The notes under the pieces are model-generated. The model was not told where the DNA came from, made no database searches, and was given only the letters and a program-made list of their open reading frames with translations. Below, piece after piece: positions 18,041 through 28,404 of a stretch of 62,731 nt of DNA; the first letter of the stretch is position 1; the number at the start of each line of letters is the position of its first letter. Location of the stretch: positions 62,001-124,731 of the IMG/VR virus record IMGVR_UViG_2519899798_000002, one strand, 5' to 3'. A program made the position numbers and the translations under genes. This stretch comes from an uncultured virus (IMG/VR IMGVR_UViG_2519899798_000002). Taxonomy: Duplodnaviria; Heunggongvirae; Uroviricota; Caudoviricetes.

Positions 18041-18398
18041 ATTTCGCTCATGGATTAAAGACAAAAAAGAGATGCTTTATGAATTTACCTTAAAACAACC
18101 AACGGTTAGCTATTGTAAGTCAAACATTCTCATGCAATATACGGGGCTTAAGGATAAGAAAGGGAAGGAAATTTATGAAGAGGATATCATCCAAACATCT
18201 TATATGAAAATTAAAGGTTGCGCATACAGATGTGTTTTCTCAGCAGAGTTCGGTGGCTACTTATTTGATCCTTTTGTAATTGGAGATAAAGATGCTCCTC
18301 TAAAAGGTGTCGAGGAATTTTCCCAGCAGTGGGAAGATGTTAAACATGGTGAAGTTATCGGGAATATTTACGAAAATCCTAAGCTTTTGAGTAATTGA
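18027..18398 (+). CDS. YopX-family protein (copy 2)
   Basis: MKEIKFR...MQYTGLKDKKGKEIYEED...EVIGNIYENP. Confidence 0.9.
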   Translation: MKEIKFRSWIKDKKEMLYEFTLKQPTVSYCKSNILMQYTGLKDKKGKEIYEEDIIQTSYMKIKGCAYRCVFSAEFGGYLFDPFVIGDKDAPLKGVEEFSQQWEDVKHGEVIGNIYENPKLLSN

Positions 18399-18534
18399 AT
18401 AAAAGGATTATTTTATCTAGAGAGGACTGGACAAAATAATCAATAATAATACTCTATCGTAAGTTCATATTTTATATTACTTCGAAGAAAAACATTGAAT
18501 TTAAAAAGGGAGCTAGAAGCCCCCAATTGCGATC

Positions 18535-18816
18535 TTATATTCGTACACCTTCATAGTGCCCAATCCAATATCCATCTGAAACTTTAGTAATACCTTTTAA
18601 ATACCAGCGATATCCGCCGTCTTCAAATGAGTTGGCAAAAATACCTGTACTGCTAGGTAAATCCCAAGTGATAGCTTGAGCTTTAAAATCATCACTTGCA
18701 ACATTAGCTATTCCCTGATCCGGGCTTGGGCTTGTACTTGCAGCGAACGCTGGAGATGCTGAAACAAGTAAACCTACAGATAATGCGACACCTGTTAATA
18801 CTTTTTTGTAACTCAT
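18535..18816 (-). CDS. secreted protein, YoqM-like
   Basis: Sec signal KKVLTGVALSVGLLVSASPAFA. Confidence 0.75.
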   Translation of the reverse strand: MSYKKVLTGVALSVGLLVSASPAFAASTSPSPDQGIANVASDDFKAQAITWDLPSSTGIFANSFEDGGYRWYLKGITKVSDGYWIGHYEGVRI

Positions 18817-19007
18817 GTAAATCCCCCATTCTTATAATTTTTTCTTACAATTACATTATATGGATTTGTTGATTGGGGAAATAGCGAAATTACTCCCATA
18901 CATATGGAAATTGTGTGTCGGTTTTGTCATGATAGATGTGGAGAGATGGATTATAGGATGGAATCATAAAAAACTATAGAATAAAAATAAAATAAGTGGA
19001 GGTTATG

Positions 19008-19226
19008 TTGGTGATAAAGAGGAATCTGCTTAGCAACCACGTTGATGAGATTATCGGAGAATATTACGCTGCTAAAGGATATTCAGTCCATAGCATTGAC
19101 CGCCAGGAAAATGGACAACTAATCGTTGTTACGGAGCGAGTAGCAGAGGAGAAGGAAAATGCAAAAGTTGATATCGCATTTGATTTTGTACATAGAAGAC
19201 CACATAAGAAGAAGTATTTAGCATAA
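19008..19226 (+). CDS. yoqN: YoqN-like protein
   Basis: 72 aa, synteny. Confidence 0.55.
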   Translation: MVIKRNLLSNHVDEIIGEYYAAKGYSVHSIDRQENGQLIVVTERVAEEKENAKVDIAFDFVHRRPHKKKYLA

Positions 19227-19242
19227 AAAAGGCAAAGAGGAA

Positions 19243-19617
19243 TTAACACTCTTTACCGTTAGGTTTCTTTTTTAGACGATCACAGATAAATTTCATTATA
19301 CTGATAGCTATTGCAACAGATCCAATTATTAATGTGATTTGGAGGATGAATATTACTCCGAAATTTATATTCACATTGTCAAATAAGTCACTGGAAAAGG
19401 AAAGAAGCTTATGAATACCCAAGGCAAGTACGAAAAAGGTGAGGCATATTACGACAAGGGATGTTTTGGAATAATCTTTAGCGTGGTCAAAATTATAAAT
19501 TGCTATTGATACAAATAATAAACCCGTAGCGATCTTGTGGGATAGCGAATCATTCGCAGAAAATGATTGCACTACTATGCTTAAGAAAAATCCAGTAATA
19601 CCGATTGTTTTACTCAA
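19243..19617 (-). CDS. yoqO: YoqO-like membrane protein
   Basis: 124 aa from TTG, about 4 TM segments. Confidence 0.6.
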   Translation of the reverse strand: MSKTIGITGFFLSIVVQSFSANDSLSHKIATGLLFVSIAIYNFDHAKDYSKTSLVVICLTFFVLALGIHKLLSFSSDLFDNVNINFGVIFILQITLIIGSVAIAISIMKFICDRLKKKPNGKEC

Positions 19618-19730
19618 GGAATCACCTACTCTTATGTAAGTTAAGTATGAGTTTACCAATTAAAGGGGATTTTCTCAAGATGATACACATTAAAGTTAAA
19701 TTAAAATCGTGATTTAAAGGAGCGGAGATA

Positions 19731-20021
19731 ATGAACACTTATGTAGTCGATGACAGCAAGTATAAATGTATTTATGCGGGAACTGAGAAAGCAGCTGCTT
19801 TTAATAATGAATTTGAAAACGGAACAAGAGTAAGGGTTTGGTTTGAAGGCCATCACATAAAAACGTTTGAGAAAGAACAAAGAGAAGTCTGTGGAGTAGG
19901 AGAATGGATCCTTAAGTATGATGCTGCTACTGAATTGCAAAAGGAAGTAAATCGTTTGGAAAAGACATATTTCAAGAAGAAAGAATTGTTAGACACTATT
20001 AGACAAGCTGATGAAGTCTAA
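19731..20021 (+). CDS. hypothetical protein
   Basis: 96 aa, bounded by palindromes at 19702 and 20023. Confidence 0.75.
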   Translation: MNTYVVDDSKYKCIYAGTEKAAAFNNEFENGTRVRVWFEGHHIKTFEKEQREVCGVGEWILKYDAATELQKEVNRLEKTYFKKKELLDTIRQADEV

Positions 20022-20107
20022 ATAAAAGATAGTTTTTAACTAAACATATAAGGTTGGATCGTTATCGGTAAAAGCACACGCATCGATAACGATCGCAGAA
20101 GGGGTTG

Positions 20108-20260
20108 TTAATCTCTATAGCGGCGTCTTTTCTCGAAATAATCTGGATACTTATTCTGCTTTGATCTGGATTTAAATACAAACCAAATAGTAAAGGCAAA
20201 CATAGAATCCAGGACTTTATCAAAAGTCCAATTTGTGAAAAGATCCAGAAGAAAATTCAT
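20108..20260 (-). CDS. 50-aa small protein (not in ORF track)
   Basis: GGAGGTG RBS; MNFLLDLFTNWTFDKVLDSMFAFTIWFVFKSRSK...RRRYRD*; hairpin 20057-20094 downstream. Confidence 0.7.
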   Translation of the reverse strand: MNFLLDLFTNWTFDKVLDSMFAFTIWFVFKSRSKQNKYPDYFEKRRRYRD

Positions 20261-20407
20261 TAGATTTCACCTCCAAGACAAAAATGTCCTATCTCTCCTT
20301 AGATGGCATGTATATGACATGCCTCTATAAATAAAAGAGTGAAATCCAATATGAAAATCTAAAAAGAATTGAAAAAAACTTTTAAAAAAATATAAAGGGT
20401 GCAGTAA

Positions 20408-21247
20408 ATGACGGAAACTAAAGCGAACGCAAATGTGAAGATTCACGTACTGGCTGACGAAACACTTAGCGGCATCAAGCGCGAATACGTAGAGGTCGAT
20501 CGGAAGGCGGAGGTTGGCGAAAAGATCGTAATTGTTGATAAAAATGATCCGGGTGATGTATACGAGAACGGCGCTATTTTTACAGTTGACCGCGACTTCC
20601 CGGGAAAGAAGCACGTAGAAAGTGACGCAGCTAGATGCGGGGGCAATTTACACGGATTTATCCTTCGCGAAGAATATCGCGTACTAGAACCGACCGACAT
20701 CGTACACATTGACGGTGGGCGCTACGAATTAACTAATCGCAAGGCAAAAGTAGGTGAGAAAGTTATTACTATTACTAAATGTGATATTTACAGTAAAGGG
20801 GAGATTGGAACTGTTGGGTATCAAAGTCCACCTCGCTATATTTATGTGCGATTTGAAACGAGGGCAACCGGATGGCGTGTCCCACATGAAGATTACCGCG
20901 TTCTTGTTCCATTAGATAAATGTGAGAAGACATTTGAAACTAAAAATAGCGGATACAAAGAAATAAAAAACCTCATACATAATGACTTAGGTATCACAAA
21001 GCAAGATATACAAGAAATGATTAGTGTTGCGGTTTCTAATGAAGTACAGAAGATGTCTGAGTCAGGAAAGCTGGATAGTATTGCGGGGGTAAAAATCGAG
21101 TCTCTTATTGAAGAAGGTTTTAGGGACGGTGGTCGATTGCTGTATGGCTTTAGGGAAAGGGTATCGCAAACAGTTTCCGATGAGGTAGGTAAGCGTATTG
21201 CAAATGTATTGAACATTAATGTGGAATTAAAGGAGGAAAGAAATTGA
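20408..21247 (+). CDS. hypothetical protein with two internal repeats
   Basis: RKAEVGEKIVI...EEYRVLEP / RKAKVGEKVIT...EDYRVLVP. Confidence 0.8.
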   Translation: MTETKANANVKIHVLADETLSGIKREYVEVDRKAEVGEKIVIVDKNDPGDVYENGAIFTVDRDFPGKKHVESDAARCGGNLHGFILREEYRVLEPTDIVHIDGGRYELTNRKAKVGEKVITITKCDIYSKGEIGTVGYQSPPRYIYVRFETRATGWRVPHEDYRVLVPLDKCEKTFETKNSGYKEIKNLIHNDLGITKQDIQEMISVAVSNEVQKMSESGKLDSIAGVKIESLIEEGFRDGGRLLYGFRERVSQTVSDEVGKRIANVLNINVELKEERN

Positions 21248-21357
21248 CCAAACACGAGCGAGAAGACTATTTAAACAGGCTTGCTGATTACGGGTTAACA
21301 GAAGAAGAGGACGATGCAATGACAAATATTATGGACGATTTAGGACTTGATTGGTGA
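21244..21357 (+). CDS. 37-aa acidic peptide (not in ORF track)
   Basis: AAGGAGG RBS, TTG start; MTKHEREDYLNRLADYGLTEEEDDAMTNIMDDLGLDW*. Confidence 0.6.
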   Translation: MTKHEREDYLNRLADYGLTEEEDDAMTNIMDDLGLDW

Positions 21358-21409
21358 TCAAATTTGGATCAAAATAAAATATTTATTTTAATGGAAGGAG
21401 GGAACCAAA

Positions 21410-21823
21410 GTGGCAAATCAAGAGCAAATAAAACGCATGAATGATATTAATGACTTGATAAAGCTAATTGCTGATATTGATAGACGCACTTTCTTCTGTA
21501 AGCAAATGAATCGCAAAGCGTATTTCAGGTTTAAGAAGAAACTGTTCTTCGTTGATGATTACACGGGGGCTGATGTTTACCCGTATGAAATGGGGTACGG
21601 TAGTCCAAACGGCTTTTCGCACGGAGGCAACATGTGGCAACTGGTCAACAGTTTTAGAAAGTTCATTATAACAGGGAAATGCGGCGAACTGAGGGATTAT
21701 AAAGAAATATGGGCTTACAGCTATGAAGGATGCATGAAAATCCGTCAGAAGGCAAAAGAAATAGGGTTTATAGAGAGTGTTGATTATCCTTATAGCTTCG
21801 ATGATTGGATGATAACTTATTGA
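21410..21823 (+). CDS. YoqU-like hypothetical protein
   Basis: 137 aa; GFSHGG motif; next to ligB. Confidence 0.7.
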   Translation: MANQEQIKRMNDINDLIKLIADIDRRTFFCKQMNRKAYFRFKKKLFFVDDYTGADVYPYEMGYGSPNGFSHGGNMWQLVNSFRKFIITGKCGELRDYKEIWAYSYEGCMKIRQKAKEIGFIESVDYPYSFDDWMITY

Positions 21824-21888
21824 TCAATGTACTAAATTTTCACCCGGATTTTAAAAGCTAGGCTCTAAGGAGTTATGTAACGGAGAGA

Positions 21889-22701
21889 TTACACTCTCCA
21901 TGATTCGAAGGAAGGTATTCGGAGTTTGCCGTGCGTAGTCTTAAATCTGTGCTTAACCTTACATAAAATAGGCTCAATAAATACATATTCATCAGATTGA
22001 GACTTTACTTGTTTCATAGAGTGGAACTTACTTCGTTCTGCATGTGGCATGAATTCCATAAACCCAGCTGCAGTTCCATCGGGATAGGATAGTAGGAATT
22101 TTATATCTCTTTTGGTGTAGCCGGTTATGAGAACTTCAGTGTAATCATAATTAATCACTTTAAGCCAATTATGCGAACGTTTATTTATCTCATAAGGGGA
22201 GTTAGCTTTCTTGATTACGATTCCCTCTAAATTCTTTTCTTTGGCCAGGTTGAAGTAAGCAAGACCGTTACCTTGAATTCCTTCAATAACACAAACATTT
22301 GGATGATTTAGCTCAAGTGAGTTTAGAACTGTCTTACGCTCAGTGAGCGGCTTGGTTGCAATTGACTGACCGTCTTTGTAAATAACATCAAAGACACAGT
22401 AAACGATCTTATGAGCTGATTTTTTGGACATGAAACGTTCCATTACAGCCTCAAAGTCAGGAGCGCCACCTGGGGCAGCTACAATAACTTCACCATCGAG
22501 TACTGTTCTATCTGGAATATCTAAGTCCAAGAGTTCTGGAAACTTGCTTGTTACTTCGTTGTTGTGACGAGTGTATAGCTTAATCTGATTATCAAATTTA
22601 GAAAGGATGAGTCTGATTCCATCAAATTTGAGCTCAGTGATATAGTTCTCGTCGTTAAAAGGCTCTTTTATTGAATGCAATAGCATTGGCGATACAAACA
22701 A
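21889..22701 (-). CDS. ligB: ATP-dependent DNA ligase LigB (YoqV)
   Basis: ELKFDGIR, LDGEV, EGIVIK, WLKV motifs; 270 aa. Confidence 0.92.
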   Translation of the reverse strand: MFVSPMLLHSIKEPFNDENYITELKFDGIRLILSKFDNQIKLYTRHNNEVTSKFPELLDLDIPDRTVLDGEVIVAAPGGAPDFEAVMERFMSKKSAHKIVYCVFDVIYKDGQSIATKPLTERKTVLNSLELNHPNVCVIEGIQGNGLAYFNLAKEKNLEGIVIKKANSPYEINKRSHNWLKVINYDYTEVLITGYTKRDIKFLLSYPDGTAAGFMEFMPHAERSKFHSMKQVKSQSDEYVFIEPILCKVKHRFKTTHGKLRIPSFESWRV

Positions 22702-22770
22702 AATATCACCTCCTACTTAGAAAATATTAGCTAAGCGAAGGTGATATATAAAGCGATATGGCAGTGGTAC

Positions 22771-23446
22771 TTAATGGGATTCAATGAGCTCAGGTGAATT
22801 GTTTTTAGGTGAATTCACTAAAGATGAAACCTGGTATGCTTCCATGTCATCAGCATCATATGGCTGCAGTAAGCTTTGTAGATAATCAGGATCAGTATTT
22901 TTAGGGTTAAGCCATTCCTTTTCGTTCTCATCAGTAAGGATAACCGGCATCCGATCATGAATGTCTTTCATAAGTTCATTAGGCTTTGTCGTGATGATTG
23001 TACAAGTGTATAAAGGATTGCCTTCAGGCGTATTCCACTTCTCATATAAACCAGCAAAAGCAAAGAGGTTGGATGATTTAAGTTTAATCCGCATTGGAAT
23101 CTTAGTCTTTGGATCAAGGCGTTTCCATTCATAAAAACTGTCAGCGGGTATGATACAACGTTTGCTGACAAGTGGCTTTCGAAAGCTTGGTTTCTCGGCC
23201 AGTGTTTCGGCACGAGCATTAATCATCTTGTATCCGATCTTTTCATCTTTAGCCCATGGAGGGATAAGACCCCATTTAAGTTTGCCCAGACGGTTATTGG
23301 ATCCATCGTTGATGATTGTCAGGATGTTTTTGTGAAGGAGCGACATTATAGCTAGGGTGATACTCACCTTCAGGTAAGAATTGATCTATGTTGAATTGCT
23401 CAATGATGTCATCAAACTCAGAAAATAAAGTGAACCTGCCACACAT
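22771..23446 (-). pseudogene. yoqW: SRAP/HMCES abasic-site protein YoqW with +1 frameshift
   Basis: MCGRFTL start at 23446; extra base in T5 run 23327-23331 breaks YNVAPSQ|NILTII; removing it gives 224 aa with WGLIP, INARAET, IHDRMPVIL. Confidence 0.85.
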
Positions 23447-23516
23447 GTTCATCATCCTTTAGGGTTTTTGAATATTGTACAGGCTTGATGCAAGAAAAAC
23501 AAAAAGGAGGAATGTG

Positions 23517-23735
23517 ATGCAGCAGCAAACAGTTGAGGTTAAAGAAGTTGATGTGTTGATTAGGGGAATCTGGAGAAAGAAAAAGTTTACCGATATTCAA
23601 AAGGGACAAACCTTTAAGATTGAGGAGAACGGAAGAACAAAGAAATACATAGCAAGAACAGATCCTTATTGGGATGACATGTATGAGACTTACATTATTG
23701 ATTTGTTGGATAAAAATAAAATTAGAAGAGGGTAA
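23517..23735 (+). CDS. yoqX: YoqX-like protein
   Basis: 72 aa, AGGAGG RBS, synteny. Confidence 0.6.
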   Translation: MQQQTVEVKEVDVLIRGIWRKKKFTDIQKGQTFKIEENGRTKKYIARTDPYWDDMYETYIIDLLDKNKIRRG

Positions 23736-23737
23736 AA

Positions 23738-24442
23738 GTGATCGGATTAACACAAGAAGAGAAAGTTAGAAGAGCAATTCAAAGGAAAAAGGACAAATAC
23801 AATAAAACGCACAAAACAATCAATGGTGTTGAATACAAGCTTTGTTCGATATGTAATGATTGGCTGTTAACAGATGTGTACTATAAAAATAAAAGTAATA
23901 ACGTAGATGGATTATACCCATATTGCAAATCATGCGCTATCAATAAAGCCCATAAATGGGCCATTAATAATCGAGAATCTTCTAGGATCTTGAAAGAAAA
24001 ATATGCTAAGAGTGACAAAGGAAGAGAACGGAACAATATTGCTTGGAAGAAGAGAACTCAAAACGGTTACATAAGAGAATACCAAAGGTTAAATAAAGAA
24101 AAAATAAAGTTTTACCAGTTGAAAAGGAAAGAGAAAAAACATAAAGTTTCTGAGGTTGAGAGAGACAGGTGTAAATCATATTTTAACTACAGTTGTGCTT
24201 ATTGTGGATTATCGGAGATAGACCATTTTAAAGTTAACAATCAAAAACTCCATTTAGACCATGTTGACCCTAATGGTGCAAACGATTTAAGTAATAATGT
24301 CCCTGCTTGTAAATCTTGCAATTCAAGCAAAGGAACTAATTCACTTTATAGCTGGTATTTAAACAAGTCCTTTTATAGACAAGAAAGATATGATTTACTA
24401 CTCAAATGGCTTAATGAAGATTATAAAATAGCACTGGAGTAA
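23738..24442 (+). CDS. HNH endonuclease with zinc fingers
   Basis: CSIC, CKSC, CAYCG, HLDHVDP..G..N..N.VPACKSCNSSKG. Confidence 0.85.
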   Translation: MIGLTQEEKVRRAIQRKKDKYNKTHKTINGVEYKLCSICNDWLLTDVYYKNKSNNVDGLYPYCKSCAINKAHKWAINNRESSRILKEKYAKSDKGRERNNIAWKKRTQNGYIREYQRLNKEKIKFYQLKRKEKKHKVSEVERDRCKSYFNYSCAYCGLSEIDHFKVNNQKLHLDHVDPNGANDLSNNVPACKSCNSSKGTNSLYSWYLNKSFYRQERYDLLLKWLNEDYKIALE

Positions 24443-24501
24443 AAATAAAATTAAACATTCAATAAAAACGATATTTTAACCAGAATCCAGGAGGTAATGA
24501 A

Positions 24502-24897
24502 ATGAACTTATATGAAATTATGCTAGAACACTTTGCACCCAAGGGAAGTGAGCGGGGTATCTGTACATACGTGCTTGCTCAATCTGATGAAGAGGTATAT
24601 GAATGGTTGAAAACTGATCCAAGCCTATCTGACGGCAGGGTAGTCTATACCCCATATCAAGACAACGAAGAAGACGGTAAAACATATGCAATTTATAATC
24701 AGAGCTTTGATATTGTTGGTCATGAAAAATATAAAGATCGAATGATTCGATTAAAAGGTGAGTTGAATGATGAAGTTGAACTAACCGATCTTTATTACGG
24801 AATGACCTTAGTCGGGTGGCGTATGGTGAAATCGGATATTTCAACGGAACAAATTGAATTGTTAAAAGATACTGGCATCAGTATGGAGTTTGCATAA
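24502..24897 (+). CDS. yoqY: YoqY-like protein
   Basis: 131 aa, upstream of yoqZ. Confidence 0.6.
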   Translation: MNLYEIMLEHFAPKGSERGICTYVLAQSDEEVYEWLKTDPSLSDGRVVYTPYQDNEEDGKTYAIYNQSFDIVGHEKYKDRMIRLKGELNDEVELTDLYYGMTLVGWRMVKSDISTEQIELLKDTGISMEFA

Positions 24898-24994
24898 AAG
24901 TAATTTTTTATTCGGATAAGGGGGTGGTACTAATGTGATTGCTTAAAAGATGAGAAAAAGAATAAAAATAAAATTATATAAGGAGAGTTGTTAA

Positions 24995-25819
24995 TTGTTG
25001 AAGTTTAAAAACAGAATAGAGGAAGAAGAGATTAAGGGGGCAGAGAAGGCTAGCTTTGGCGGGCCTGACCTTCTCTACCGCACACTTCGCAAGGTTACGA
25101 AGCTATATAAGTATATCACAGCCAAGAAGTCTTTTCCAATCCTAGTTACCTCACTGTTTGCATTGTTTAATCAAAGTTCAGTTCTAGCTGCAGATAAGTA
25201 TAGTAATTTTAAAGAGTTGAAAGCAAATGAGTCACCTTTGAGCTATAACATTCTAACTACCGATGTTGATAGGCGTGTGCTTATTTTGGCTCCTCATGGT
25301 GGAGGTATTGAAGGAGGGACTAGCGAGCTTGCAAAAGAACTAAGTAAGTCTTATTCTACCTATCTATTTGAAGGTTTAAGGATACCAGGAGCTTCTGAGT
25401 TGCATATTACAAGTACCAATTTTGATGAACCTCAAGCTTTAGATTTATTAAGTAAGCATGATTTTACAATCTCTATTCATGGGTATGCATCAAGTAAAAA
25501 ACATACTTTAGTCGGTGGGACAGACAGAGTAAAAGCAGCAAAGATTACCTCATTACTTAACGATGCAGGCTTTACTGCAGAATTACTGCCTGAAGGCTCC
25601 CGATTAGCCGGTACAGATATACAGAACATTGCTAATAAAAATAGCACTGGTATGAGTATTCAACTTGAAATAAGCACTGAACAACGAAGAGAAATGTTTA
25701 ATACTTTTACACTGGCTGGAAGGAATGGAACGCAGAATCAAGTTTTTTATGACTATATTGCTGTTCTCACTAAATTCATTAATGAAAATGTGTATTGTAT
25801 GGCTGGTGTAGCACCATGA
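24995..25819 (+). CDS. pghZ: phage-type poly-gamma-glutamate hydrolase (YoqZ/PghZ)
   Basis: APHGGGIEGGT, LHITSTNFDEP, ISIHG, QLEIS motifs. Confidence 0.88.
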   Translation: MLKFKNRIEEEEIKGAEKASFGGPDLLYRTLRKVTKLYKYITAKKSFPILVTSLFALFNQSSVLAADKYSNFKELKANESPLSYNILTTDVDRRVLILAPHGGGIEGGTSELAKELSKSYSTYLFEGLRIPGASELHITSTNFDEPQALDLLSKHDFTISIHGYASSKKHTLVGGTDRVKAAKITSLLNDAGFTAELLPEGSRLAGTDIQNIANKNSTGMSIQLEISTEQRREMFNTFTLAGRNGTQNQVFYDYIAVLTKFINENVYCMAGVAP

Positions 25820-27576
25820 CATTGTTGAATAAATCCATACGATACTATGTTGACTTTGATCAGTGGGGAATAAATGCATTTAACTTGAATCCAATTGAAA
25901 CAACTAAAGGATTTAATGAAGCTCTTATATATGCATCAGAGAACAACTTTCCTATTGTTGAAATTCCAAAAGGGAATTTTATTATTGATTCAGTAAATAC
26001 ATTAAATCAACGAAATCCTGAAATTGGTGGGGGAATTAAAATCCCATCAAATATGGAGCTCCTTTTGGATCCAGAAGCAGTGTTTCAAGTTAACCCTAAT
26101 GGGTATCAGGGCTATTCTTGTTTTTATATTGGGCTTGCAGAGAACGTAATAATTAGAGGAGGTCGTATTATAGGTGACCGGTATCAACATGATTATTCTC
26201 TAATTGATACCAATAGAAAAACACATGAATGGGGATTTGGAATACATGTTCATGGAAGCAAAAATGTTTTGATTGAAAATGTACAAATCTCAGATTGTAT
26301 TGGAGACAACATTTGGATTGCAGCTCACGGAATGATGAATTACCCAGGGATGGTTTATACGCCTTCCAAAAGTGTGACCGTAAGAAAATGCGAACTGAAA
26401 AGAGGGAGACGGAACAATTTAGCTACTAACGGTTGTGAAGGTTTATTGGTTGAAGACTGTGATATAGAGGAAGCTGGAGGAGATACAATTGGCCCTCAAC
26501 TAGGTATTGATTTAGAGGGCTACGGAGAAAACGGAAGAAAGTATGATCATCCTTATGAGTTAACGATATCGGATTGCAGGTTTAGAAAAAATGGTCGTGG
26601 TTCGGTTACTGCTCATACAAGCGGTAAAGTTTCCATCAAAGATAACTACTGTGACAATGTTATTTCATATGGCTACAGTACAGATGTGAGTATTAAGGGT
26701 AACAAGATAATAAATGAAGGGGAATCTAAAGAGTATGGAATAGACTCTGTAGGCTTTTCGAGCACTGAGACTAGCAACAGAATTCAAATAACTGATAACA
26801 ATATTCAAGGGTTTAAAATAGGCATGATGATTAGAGGGAAAGGGGTATCGATTGATAATAATACCGTAAAGAACGCTTCAAATTGTGCGATAGCAACACA
26901 TATGGCCGAAGATGTTTCCATTTCAAACAACAGAATACAGGACAGCGATTGTATTCAGATCCAGGTGAGGAATTCATCAGATATTAAAGTATGCAATAAT
27001 AAAGGGAAAGGGACAACCTCAACATATGCGATTAAAGTGATGGATTCTAATGATGTCACCTTTATTAACAATAAGTTCTCCAATCTTTACGGAGGTCTAT
27101 ATTGTGAAAGGTCACAGTCCATCAGAATTAAGCAAAATGATTTCTTATTAAGTGGAAAAGGTTACGGGATATATTGGGATAAAGATTCAAAAGTCTTCCT
27201 GACAAGAAACGAGATATTTGAACCAAGAAATGTTGCAATTATGGGGGCAGCTGATATGTACAATATCAGAATAAGTGATAACCAGATATATAATTGCAAA
27301 GCAATCATTGCGATCCACTTAATAGGCGGTTCTGAGCATATGGTTAGAGGAAATGAAATCATGTTTAACAGAGATTCAGATCAAGGCTATGGAATATATT
27401 TAAACGGAACAAAAAAGGTTCGATTAATTAGGAATGATGTTCAAGGTATTGGTTCAAGAATTCTTTCGCATCCATTTGCAACGTTTAATGCTTCCAGTAC
27501 AACTTTAATACATAATACATACGACAGCGGCACACCTAGATTAGCCTTAGATGATACAGTAATCGATTATAAATAA
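25816..27576 (+). CDS. yorA: right-handed beta-helix protein YorA
   Basis: parallel beta-helix repeats; overlaps pghZ stop. Confidence 0.8.
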   Translation: MTLLNKSIRYYVDFDQWGINAFNLNPIETTKGFNEALIYASENNFPIVEIPKGNFIIDSVNTLNQRNPEIGGGIKIPSNMELLLDPEAVFQVNPNGYQGYSCFYIGLAENVIIRGGRIIGDRYQHDYSLIDTNRKTHEWGFGIHVHGSKNVLIENVQISDCIGDNIWIAAHGMMNYPGMVYTPSKSVTVRKCELKRGRRNNLATNGCEGLLVEDCDIEEAGGDTIGPQLGIDLEGYGENGRKYDHPYELTISDCRFRKNGRGSVTAHTSGKVSIKDNYCDNVISYGYSTDVSIKGNKIINEGESKEYGIDSVGFSSTETSNRIQITDNNIQGFKIGMMIRGKGVSIDNNTVKNASNCAIATHMAEDVSISNNRIQDSDCIQIQVRNSSDIKVCNNKGKGTTSTYAIKVMDSNDVTFINNKFSNLYGGLYCERSQSIRIKQNDFLLSGKGYGIYWDKDSKVFLTRNEIFEPRNVAIMGAADMYNIRISDNQIYNCKAIIAIHLIGGSEHMVRGNEIMFNRDSDQGYGIYLNGTKKVRLIRNDVQGIGSRILSHPFATFNASSTTLIHNTYDSGTPRLALDDTVIDYK

Positions 27577-27587
27577 AGAGTTGCATA

Positions 27588-27623
27588 AGAACACTTGTTC
27601 CCTTTTGTGATTTGGTATATAAT
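27588..27623 (+). promoter_or_regulatory. LexA box overlapping sigA promoter of yorB
   Basis: AGAAC-ACTT-GTTCC; TTGTTC-N17-TATAAT. Confidence 0.8.
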
Positions 27624-27661
27624 TTAGCAGTACCAAAAATTACAAAATAGGGGATGAGAGT

Positions 27662-27958
27662 ATGAGTGAACAGAAACTTAGAATCGGAGAAATACGGTAT
27701 GAGGTTTTTGATGACTATGATCTCTACACAGGAGAGTATTTAGGAAAAACTCTCGGCAATGCTTATTTTATTGCTAGAATTAAAAAGGAAAGTGTAGTTC
27801 AAGTAGGGATTCAGAAAATTAATTACTCAAGTGATGCTAAAATTGGTTTTGATGCTTTTGGAGAAGAAACAGAAGAGAAAATAAAAGAACATCTTTTAGC
27901 TGTGTATAGTTTAATTGCAGCAGGTGCAAAAGACTATGGTCTAGAAGGAAATATTTAG
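27662..27958 (+). CDS. yorB: YorB-like SOS-induced protein
   Basis: 98 aa, behind LexA box. Confidence 0.6.
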   Translation: MSEQKLRIGEIRYEVFDDYDLYTGEYLGKTLGNAYFIARIKKESVVQVGIQKINYSSDAKIGFDAFGEETEEKIKEHLLAVYSLIAAGAKDYGLEGNI

Positions 27959-28023
27959 AGTTAGGCTGGGCTAGTTTAGACTTAAACTAGCCTATAAAAC
28001 ATAACGAATAAGGGGTTAACTGA

Positions 28024-28404
28024 ATGCCAAACATTATTTCTAAAGAGCAAGATGAAGCAATTAAATACTTTAGAAACAAATTGAATTTATCAGACAAAGA
28101 CTTATACATACCGTTGATTAATTTTGAACTACTTAGAGACAAGAACGAACAATATGCCAATGTCCTTTACGAGCTTTATAAAAACGACCCTTATTTGTTT
28201 ATTAGAGCTTTAAAGGAAGGTTATGTGGTTAATCAGCCAATTGCATTTGATGAGGCCATTGTACGTTTCTTTAATGGTGAAGAACTAGCTATTGTACATA
28301 AAACAACAGGCAGAAGATACAATGTTAATGTGAAAATGAAGCAGCTACCCGACGGATTTACATTGCAAACAATGGATGTATGGTTGTGGAGTGAACTTGT
28401 TTAA
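28024..28404 (+). CDS. yorC: YorC
   Basis: 126 aa, MPNIISKEQDEAIKYF. Confidence 0.7.
   Translation: MPNIISKEQDEAIKYFRNKLNLSDKDLYIPLINFELLRDKNEQYANVLYELYKNDPYLFIRALKEGYVVNQPIAFDEAIVRFFNGEELAIVHKTTGRRYNVNVKMKQLPDGFTLQTMDVWLWSELV

Noticed and set aside
22771..23367. 198-aa ORF as an intact SRAP protein
   Set aside because: Lacks the essential MCGR N-terminus, which lies upstream in another frame
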